From Octopus sinensis (lineage: Eukaryota): DNA of 20,985 nucleotides. Location: contig NW_021823849.1 in assembly GCF_006345805.1 (NCBI RefSeq), forward strand, positions 1 to 20,985, written 5' to 3'. The position numbers were made by a program, and so were the translations under genes. Within the stretch, counting starts at the first letter, position 1; each line of letters begins with the position of its first letter. This document shows positions 10,535 through 20,985 of this stretch, one piece after another. The notes below the pieces were generated by a model. That model was not told the DNA's origin. It saw nothing but the letters and a program-made list of their open reading frames with translations, and searched no databases.

Positions 10535-13500
10535 ATGGCAAATCTTAGAATCGGTTGCTTGAATGTGAGAGGCCTCGGGTCACCTTGGAAACAGGGTCAC
10601 CTGTTTAAACGACCTGAGGTTCATGATGTGGATGTAGCAGCCATCAGTGAAACCAGGCTCTCCGACCCGCAGGAACTCGCAGCCCTTTCGGCGGATACGA
10701 GATATTTCTATCTCCGTGTCGGCCGGGAGCGGGCGGTGGTGGTACTGCGGTGTTGTTCGGAAGGGCCTGGACCTGAAAATAAGGACAGTCTTCTGGATCC
10801 GGAAGGTAAGTTGGTGGTCCTCGACGTCGACGGTAGTGACGGCGGTGCTTTCAGACTGCTGGCTGCCTACGCTCCGACAGGAGCAGGGCAGTCGGATTAT
10901 TTCAAACGTCTGGAAGTTTTCCTGGGAACGTCACGCACTCTAGTACTAGTGGGGATTGGAACGCTGTCTTAGACGAACGTTTCGATCGGGTGGGCAGGGG
11001 AGCGTCTAATAGGAGAGGGGGAGGGTGCAAGAGCCTCGCCAACCTACTCGGCCGCTTTCAGCTGTCCGACAGATTTCGACTAGACAACCCGAATGTGCCA
11101 ATGTGGACTTGGACAAACCGCATCGGGTCGTCTAGATCGTACTTAGAGAGTGGTTTTGTAGGCCAGCGGATAAGGACAGCGTAGGGTGTCCACAATTCCA
11201 CCTAGTCGAATATACGGACCACAAATTAGTGATCTGTACGGTCGACTTAGATAGGCTACATAGACAGGGACCCGGCTACTGGAAGCTGAACGCGTCGTTA
11301 ACGGCGTGCAAAGCTACAGAGACGGATTAGTTTACTAGTTAAGCGGGCGCTCACGGGGCAATCATCAAAAACAACTGGTGGTTTGCCCTCAAGAGAGCAA
11401 TTAGAGTAGAGTCAATTAGGTATAGTAAGACTCTAGCTATTGAACGTAGGAAGAGAGAGCGGGATTTAGTTAAGAAACTAGACGAGGCTCTTGACACTGG
11501 CATCGCGACGACCGACGTGTTGGCGGCAAGGTTGGCCCTCGACCAACACTTCGACGCCAAACACGAAGGCTGCGTTGTCAGAGCTAAGGCACGTTCGCTA
11601 AGCGGGGAGGGGACTAGAGCCGCTCGATGGGCCCGCGTGGCGGAGGCGAAGCGAGGCAACAGAGCAACCATTCGGTCTTTGGTGGACCAGAACGGGCGCG
11701 AGGTTACCCAACCGAAGCAGATGTGTACGGTGCTTCAGCGGCACTTTGCTCAACTGTTTGGGACGAGCGGGTGGAACGGACACCAACGGTGCAGACTTCG
11801 GTGTGTACCTGGACGGACTGCCGCAACTCTCGGACAGCGAGGCAGAGTGCTGCGAAGGACCGATATCTGCCTGGGAAGTACAGGAAGCGATGAAGAGTTG
11901 CACGAGAGGTAGATCGCCGGGTTTGGATGGTCTGCCCTACGAGCTTTACTTTTCAATGCCAGACTTGTTTGCGGACCTGTTGGCAAACGTTCTGCAACTG
12001 GCAGCAAAACGGGAGAATTCCTGCTTTTGTCTGTCGAGGGGTGGTGGCTTTGCTAAAGAAGGACCCAAACAAGGGGGACGTTATAGGGAATTTCCGGCCC
12101 ATCACTCTGCTCAATGCAGAGTTGAAGATTTTGGCCAAGGTGCTAGCCAAGAGATTGGCGCTTGTCGTGGACAAGCTGGTCGGCGAGACGCAGACATGCG
12201 CCGTGCCGACCAGGTCGATACACGACAACCTCCATCTCATGCGCTACATCATAGAGAGGGTGGGTAACGACGCTGGGCTTTGATCAACTTGGATCAGAGT
12301 AAAGCCTTCGATAGGGTCGACCATCGGTACCTGGGAGCTGTCCTCAGGGCAGCCGGCTTCGGTCCAGTCTTCCGCGGGTGGATCGCTGCTTTATACAGCA
12401 ACATCTGCTCAGTGATACGGGTGAACGGTCACCTTTCGGAACCGTTCGACATCTCGCGTTCGGTCCGCCAGGATGCCCTCTCTCCTCCCTCTTGTACATT
12501 TTGACTCTCGAGCCATTACTGCGCAAGTTGGAGGCTTGAGGGTATCCCGCGCGATCTAGGAGGCGGAAAACAGCGTGTCTGCTTATGCCGACGACGTCAC
12601 CGTGGTGGTGTCGAGCCACAGGCACATTGGCCTGATTGGCGAGACGCTAAACCAGTACGAAGCGGTGACAGGGGCAAAGATTAACGCGGAAAAGTCTGTG
12701 GGCTTGCAACTGGGCACCTGGAGAGGCAAGCCCATGCCGTCCAACAGCGTCGTAGGGCGCTGGACAGACGGACCCGTTAAACTGCTCGGGGTCTGGTTCG
12801 GTCCGGACCTCCAGGTGGATAAGAACTGGGAAGAGGTGACGAGCAGGGTGGCACGTCTCACCCAGAAATGGGCCGAGAGGAAGCTGTCCCTGAAAGGTCG
12901 AGCGGAGGTGGCGAATGCGTACATCGCATCCGTCATCTATTACCGCTTGACCGTCGTCCCTTGTCCCGACCGCTGGTTGGCCAAGCTGGTACGTCTGCTC
13001 TTCGACTTTTTGTGGAAGGGTCAGGTGCCACTGGTCAGGCGATCCATCTGCTGTCAACGACCGCTGAACGGAGGCCTTGGAATGCCGTGGTTGCTGTTGC
13101 GCAGACATCGCTCAGGCTGCGGCATCTCAAGCGCTTCCTAGACGGTGAACAGGTGTGGTCATCTTTTGTCAGACGCGATTTTCCGCAGCTCGTCTCTTTG
13201 ACGGAACTGCAGACCTGGATCAAACGTAGACCGAGAAAGGGCGCTTGGCACCTCGAGTGCCGTCAAGCCCTCTCCGCCCTCCGCCAGGCGGGCAATGCGG
13301 CGGTTACAGCTCCACTCTAGCGTTCTATAGAGGGTTAGTGGAGGAAAAATGCGACGACGTTCTCGGGGAAACTCTAGGCGTTGAAGATGACGAACTGTGC
13401 GGTCTGTTCGGGAGGACTTTCGGGCCGGGGCCGATGGATAATTTCCAGAGGTCTCTCGCTTGGCAGTGCTACCGAGGGGCTCTGCCTGTTCTAGATAAAC

Positions 13501-13945
13501 TCTACCGGCACGGAAGTGCCGTCAGCCGGGCCTGCCCGAGGTGTTGCCAGGACGACGAAACCGTTCTGCACGCACTCGTTCAGTGCCCGAGTATTGCTGA
13601 AATATGGGTTTATGTCGAACAGCTACTGTCACGTGTAGGACGGATCCGACTATCGGCCGAATCCATAGTGAAGATTGCCCGCCGACCTCCTTTAACAAGG
13701 AGGGCGAGGCCGTTTCTTGTGCCTAGTGGCTGTGGCGAAAGAGGTCGTGTGGTGGACTCGTTTGAAAGGCTAAAGACAGACACTTTCCTCTTTGGTTCAA
13801 GGCTCATCAACTTTTTCAAGTTTCACTTGAAAAGGAAGATGAGGTTAGAGAGGAAAGTGCTGTCCGATAGCAAGTTTTATGAAAGGTGGGTGAATTGTGC
13901 GAGACTGGCCTGATAAATGGACCAGTTCTCAGGTTTCGCCTGTGA
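10535..13945 (+). CDS. LINE ORF2: APE endonuclease, reverse transcriptase and C-terminal CCHC finger, frameshifted as assembled
   Basis: APE motifs: LNVRG, AISET, YAPT, GDWN (one G restored), WTW, TDH. RT motifs: SPGLDG, NFRPITLLN, LDQSKAFDRV, VRQG (one G restored), YADD, LLGV. Finger CPRC-x8-H-x4-C. The assembled stop is at 13911-13913. Restoring one C gives ALINGPVLRFRL* ending at 13945, which aligns with the end of the second copy (ARMNDEATLSIIL*). Confidence 0.92.
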
Positions 13946-14225
13946 TTTCAAAGAAAAAGGTAATGAAAAAGGAGAAGAAAGGGGACTCTCTACACCCCCT
14001 TTTTTTGACCACGCTCCCGTTGGCTTTTGTAGGGTTTTTTCCACCAGGAACCTTTCGAACGTCTCCCCCTTTTGGGAGTTTTTCATTGTTGAATTTTATA
14101 AGTTGTTATAAAGATTTTTACTCGATGTTTTTAAAAAACGGCAAAACCCTTTGTAACCTTTCGTCCTGTCTTGTCCCTTTATGTAATCATGCGTGTCAGC
14201 CCTTGTGGCCAATAAAAAAGAATTG

Positions 14226-14358
14226 ATTATTATTATTATTATTGTTGTTCTTATTACTATTATTATTATATTATTATTATCATTATTATTATTAATTATT
14301 ATTATTTTTATCATTTTTATCATTATTATTATTATTATTATTGTTATTGCTATTATTA

Positions 14359-14432
<74 letters not shown>
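14226..14432. repeat. (ATT)n array, right flank of the LINE
   Basis: Read directly. Confidence 0.95.
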
Positions 14433-14611
14433 TTGTTCTGTGTGTAAATTTCATTTTCGTAACGAGGAATTTTGGAACATACAAAATCTCCAGCTGCTGC
14501 TTTCTTGGAATTCAATTGTGGTTTCATATTTTAGACAAAGTCAATGACTTTCAGCCAACGTTTCAATGATCTTAACTCTTCTATTGTTTATGAACTAAAA
14601 TTTGTTTATCT

Positions 14612-14654
14612 AAGGCGGTGAGATGGCAGAATCGTTAGCATAACGGACTAAATA
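14612..14654 (+). mobile_element. Head of a second tRNA-derived SINE family, cut off by the mariner
   Basis: AAGGCGGTGAGATGGCAGAATCGTTAGCA contains an A-box-like segment. It resembles a common octopus SINE head as recalled, which cannot be verified in this window. Confidence 0.5.
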
Positions 14655-15675
14655 TTAGGTCGTCCGGAAAGTTCGTGCCGATTTATAGAAGCTTACCTTT
14701 CGATTTATTTTAGAACATGGTTGAGTCCATAGAATAGGATTTGACTACATCTCCATTTAGAGCACAGTTTAAGCTATCTTTTCGTGGAAGAAGGTTTATG
14801 TTTCTATAACCTGTGTTAATTCTGTAACCCTTTAAAATGGAAGATAAGAAAGTTCATTTTCGGCACTTGATGCTTTTCTTTTTCCGTAAAGGGAAAAATG
14901 CCTCACCAGCAACCAAAGAAATATGCTCAGTTTACGGTGATGTTTCTTTATCCGAAAGAACAGTACGGAAGTGGATCACAAGGTTCAGAGCAGGAGATTG
15001 TAGCCTTATTGACAAAGAGCGATCAGGCAGACCATCCACTACAAATGATGACCAAATCAAGTCATTAATTGAGAATAACCCACATTGCACAAACCGAGAA
15101 TTGGCAGAAAGCCTCAATCTATTAAAATCCGTTGTTCATGAGCACCTGGTAAAGCTTGGGTACACAAATCGCTACGATGTTTGGGTACCACATCAGATGA
15201 GTGAGAAGAACCTTTTGGATCGCATTTCCGTCTGTGATTCGCTTTATAAACGGAATGAAAACGCGCCTTTTTAAAAACAAATTGTGACAGGTGATGAGAA
15301 ATGGATTATCTACCGAAATGTTCAGAGAAAGTGATCCTGGAGTAAGCGACATGAGCCACCACAAAAGCGGATCTTCACCTTAAAAATGTCTTGCTTTGTG
15401 TCTGGTGGGTTTGGAAAGGAATTCTGTACTATGAGCTTCTCCCAAGTAATCAGACAATTAATTCTGAGAAATACTGGACACAACTGGACGAGTTAAAAGC
15501 AGTAATTCAAGAGAGACGTCCAGACTTGGCCAACAGGAAGGTTGTTATTTTCCAACATGATAATGCAAGACCGCATGTTTCTTTGGGAACCAGACAAAAA
15601 TTGCTGCAGCTCGGCTGGGATGTGTTACCCCACCCTCCATAATTTGGTTGATTAAAAATGTAATGGCAAGTATTT
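14655..15675 (+). mobile_element. Mariner DNA transposon, decayed, with left TIR present and right TIR missing
   Basis: TA at 14653-14654 followed by TTAGGTCGTCCGGAAAGTTCGTGCCGATTT, a mariner-type TIR, then a transposase remnant. Confidence 0.9.
14837..15642 (+). pseudogene. Mariner (D,D34D-type) transposase pseudogene, mellifera-subfamily-like N-terminus
   Basis: Motifs HFRHLMLFFFRKGKNAS, RSGRP, WVPH, TGDEKW, HDNARPH and LPHPP. Stops at 15272-15274 and later. The YSPDLAPSD motif carrying the third Asp is deleted. Confidence 0.92.
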
Positions 15676-15681
15676 ATTGAG

Positions 15682-15754
15682 CTTCTACTATAGCCTCAGG
15701 CCGACCAAAGCCATGTGAGTGGATTTGGTAGACGGAAACTGAAAGAAGCCCGTC

Positions 15755-15814
<60 letters not shown>

Positions 15815-16049
15815 CGTGTGTGTGTGTTTGTATGTCTGTGTTTGTCTCCCCAACATCGCTTGACAACCGACGTTGGTGTGTTTACGTCCCCGTAACTTAG
15901 CGGTTCAGCAAAAGAGAGGCCGATAAAATAAGTACTAGGCTTACAAAGAATAAGTCCTGGGGTCGATTTGCTCGACCAAAGGCGGTGCTCCAGCATGGCC
16001 ACAGTCACATGACTGTAACAAGTAAATGATTAAAAGAGTAAAAGAGTAT
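15682..16049 (+). mobile_element. 5'-truncated SINE: CORE-like segment, central (TA)n(TG)n, 3' domain and AAAAGAGT tail
   Basis: Homologous to the other SINE copies in the window. It shows the unsplit body-microsatellite-tail layout, which serves as the internal reference. Confidence 0.88.
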
Positions 16050-16436
16050 AGGCGTGACTGTGTGGTAAGTAGCTTGCTTACCTACCACATGGAGCTGGGG
16101 GTCGGTCCCATTGCATGGCACTTTGGGTACGTGTTTTCTACTACAGCCCCAAGCCAACCAAAGCCTTGTGAGTGGAAACTGGAAGAAGCCCTTCGTATAT
16201 ATATTCTTTCCTTTTCTTTTATTCTTTCACTTGTTTCAGTCATGTGACCGCTTGAACGCCACCTTGAAAGGTTTTAGTCAAATAAATCAACCCCAGGACA
16301 TTTCTTAAGCCTAGTACTTATTCTATCGTTTTCTTTTGCTAATTCGCTAAGTTACGGGGATATAAACTCACCAACACAGGTTGTCAAGTGGCGATGAGTG
16401 GACTAACATGGACACAAAGATACGAAAGACACACAT

Positions 16437-18436
<2,000 letters not shown>

Positions 18437-18598
18437 ACACACGACGGGCTTCTTCCAGTTTCCGTCTACCAAATCCACTAACAAGGCTTTTGGCCGGCCC
18501 GAGGCTATAGCAGAGGATACTTGCCCAAGCTGCCTTGCAGTGGGACTGAACCTGGAACCTTGCGGTTGAGAAGCAAGCTTCTTACCACACAGCCACGC

Positions 18599-18637
<39 letters not shown>

Positions 18638-18914
18638 ACAACCACTTGAGAACCAGCGTTAGCGTATTTGTGTCCTCGAAAGCTAGCGGTTCGGCCAAAG
18701 GGACCGATAGAATAAGAACAAGGCTTAAAAATGTAAGTTCTGGGGTCGATTCGCTCAAGTAAAACCCTTCATGGCTGCAGTGAACTGACAGAAGCTAGTG
18801 AAAGAATAAAAGAAAAGGCAGAGAAGACATTGTAAGCTTAATAAAACGGAATGGAAGGTATTATGTTGAAAGGCAGAAAGGACGGGAACAGAAGAGTAAG
18901 AAATAATTATAATA

Positions 18915-19309
18915 CTAGCAGTATCGCCCGGCGTTGCTCGGGTTTGTTTCGACCCTTTAGAATTGAAATTTTTGAAAAGTAAAAATTTTGCATTATGTAG
19001 CTTGTTATACTCTTTAAGTGAACATTTTTCTGGTTGAAATACACCGAAAAATGGCGACACAGCAGTCAAAAAATCGTAAAAAATAGGGATTTTCATAGAA
19101 AAAAAAAAGCACCTCTTTGATGTAAATAATTTTTGGTGTTAAAATCGTCCGATTTGAATTTTTTTTCTTCTACGGAAAGAAGAGCAAGCCTTCTTCTATC
19201 ACACTTTCAATTTTGGTCAACTTGCGTCGCAGGGTCTCGGAGGAGATAGTGTTAGTTGAAGGCTACCAAACCTGCCATACACAGACAACTTCAACTTTAT
19301 ATATATAGA
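18915..19309 (-). mobile_element. Complete non-autonomous Helitron, 395 bp
   Basis: The minus strand begins TCTATATATATAAAG and ends CCCGAGCAACGCCGGG-CGATACTG-CTAG, a GC-rich hairpin 8 nt before CTAG. It lies between host A (19310) and T (18914), with no TSD. Confidence 0.8.
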
Positions 19310-19956
19310 TTTACAGCACGTAGAGAAAGGAGAGTTGAGTGTATAACGTAGAAAGAGCTACGTATATGAATTTGTCCTGTAAGATTCCTCATGTGAAATC
19401 GTATGTTGAAATATATTGTTATATTTGGCGATGGTCTTATCTTTCGTTGTCAACCAATTAGCCACACGTTTTATGTACTTTGAGATTTCATGTCAGCTTT
19501 AACAAAACCGTAAGGAATTCTTTCGGTAGAATGCCAACGGTAGTTTTAATTAGTCGACTCGTATTTATATCTTCTAGAACATTGTCATTTTATAAGATTT
19601 CGCTGGTAAATTTTTAAATTAACATAAGCATTTATTTACATGAAAGAAAATTACTGGAGAACTTCCATCTAATTCTTCCAAATCATTCTGTTAAAACTCT
19701 ATTGAAACCATTTGTGGGGAACTTTTTTTTTAATCACGGCAACTCGACACACACCACAAGGTTTAACTTGGTCTTCATTTTAGCTTTATTATTATTATTT
19801 TTATTTTAGTATCTTTTGAATGAAACCTTTCGTCACACATTCTGTGACCCCTTCAGCAATTTTCCATCTTACGCGTCTCCTTCTGTTTTGTTTAATCCAT
19901 TCTGTCTTTCTGTGGTGTGTATCCTTATCTGCGTATGCGTTTGCGTCTATATTTGC

Positions 19957-19983
19957 ATGTGTGTGTGTGTGTGTGTGTGTGTG

Positions 19984-20020
<37 letters not shown>

Positions 20021-20056
20021 GCGTGTGTGTGTGTGTGTGTGCGTGTTTTGTGTGCG
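19957..20056. repeat. (TG)n microsatellite
   Basis: Read directly. Confidence 0.95.
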
Positions 20057-20474
20057 TGGGTCGAGAGAAAGAGCTGATGAAATCCAAGAGAGATGGAAAA
20101 GTTTGCAGAAACTAAAGGCGATCCAATGTTGCAAGACATACAGGAATGGTTTAACGATCGGTTCGACGGAAGCATTTGCTGCTGCATAGCGGAAATACGA
20201 TGAAGAAAGGGAGTTGTGGATGTAACGGAGATTGTTACAGAATCGGAGAGCGAAGTCAGGGGAAATAATAGACAATGTGTTCAAAAGTGTGTGTTAAATG
20301 AATATGCATATGCCTCGGCGCGCTCGAGTGTGTGTTCATGTGTGCTTGTGCGTTCGTGGGGGTGGGTATGAGCAGTCGGTAGTCAGCCAAGCAAGCATTG
20401 GGAAGTAGAGTGTGGGTGAGTTGAGAGTGATCCACCTGTCCTTCTATCTAACAAACAATTTTTCTATTTCGAAA

Positions 20475-20475
<1 letters not shown>

Positions 20476-20520
<45 letters not shown>
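20476..20520. repeat. (CT)n microsatellite
   Basis: Read directly. Confidence 0.95.
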
Positions 20521-20521
<1 letters not shown>

Positions 20522-20832
20522 TTCTGTCTATCTATATCTACACAAACATGTATGTATATGATGTATATGTGAGTGTGTATTTCTGTATCTGTGTGTATGT
20601 GTGTGTGTATTTCATGTTCAGTTAATCGAAGGAAAGAAAATAGCGAATTAAAGTTAATAATTATTCATTATTAAAAAACTGGTAATCTTGCTTGCACGAA
20701 CGAATAGGTCGGTATATAATATCTTAATGTTTATCTTTTTCTTTGATGGAATTATGCTCATAATCTATAAATGCAAATTTAAAGCATAAATTTGTAATTT
20801 ACCTATTGAGCTTGAATGTTGTTTGTTCCTTC

Positions 20833-20985
20833 TCGAGCCATCCCTGGCTCATAAGGGCCGGTTTCCTGGTTCCTTGGCGTATAGGTTCCCCACCTGGACG
20901 GGACGTCGGTCCGTCGCAGGTGAGCTGCAAAATACAGGAGGAAAGAGTGAGAGAAAGTTGTGGCGAAAGAGTCAGCAGAAGCTCG
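20833..20985 (-). mobile_element. Probable SINE 3' portion running out of the window
   Basis: Abrupt GC-rich block with a terminal hairpin GAGCCA-tccc-TGGCTC (20835-20850). CCTGGACGGGACGTCGGTCCGTCGCAGGT resembles a widespread metazoan SINE domain as recalled, not verified here. Confidence 0.45.

Larger units (their letters stand above)
8414..14225 (+). mobile_element. Full-length Tx1/L1-clade non-LTR retrotransposon
   Basis: 5' UTR of about 230 nt, ORF1, a 37-nt pyrimidine-rich spacer, ORF2 with APE-RT-CCHC order, 3' UTR and AATAAA at 14211-14216. Tx1-type motifs GPGYWKLNASL, KLSLKGRA.VAN and GGLGMP are present. Confidence 0.93.

Noticed and set aside
8206-14432. Long TSD for the full-length LINE
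   Set aside because: The left and right ATT arrays are similar in length, but their interruption patterns differ, so TSD length cannot be defined.
20056-20284. Purine-rich stretch with 90-128 aa ORFs
   Set aside because: The ORFs are lengthened by the adjacent (TG)n run and the unique parts show no recognisable domain.

Overview
This is eukaryotic, AT-rich, repeat-saturated DNA with no supportable host gene. The SINE families and the density of compound microsatellites point to a cephalopod (Octopus-like) genome, but that assignment is inference from recalled repeat sequences. The main feature is a structurally complete 5.8-kb Tx1/L1-clade non-LTR retrotransposon (about 8414-14225). It carries a 5' UTR, an ORF1 with an RRM-like segment and a CCHC knuckle, an ORF2 with APE endonuclease, RT and a CCHC finger, and an AATAAA. 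It is bracketed on both sides by (ATT)n. Most of its frameshifts are single-base indels in homopolymers, so it may be intact in the real genome. A second, clearly diverged and dead 5'-truncated relative (about 16736-18031) is bracketed by (TCTA/TCTG)n, with what looks like a target-site duplication of over 100 bp. That copy sits in the central microsatellite of a minus-strand SINE, which in turn sits in the central microsatellite of a plus-strand SINE, giving three nested levels. The best candidate for an undescribed system is therefore a group of microsatellite-targeting Tx1 subfamilies with different repeat targets (ATT versus ATCT) that may use SINE-borne microsatellites as landing pads. 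The window also contains a decayed mariner, a complete 395-bp non-autonomous Helitron, a TA-flanked MITE with an adjacent inverted duplicate, RTE and R4-clade fragments, and a degenerate hammerhead-like motif. Almost all other ORFs in the six-frame track are translations of simple repeats. All alignments were done by eye.
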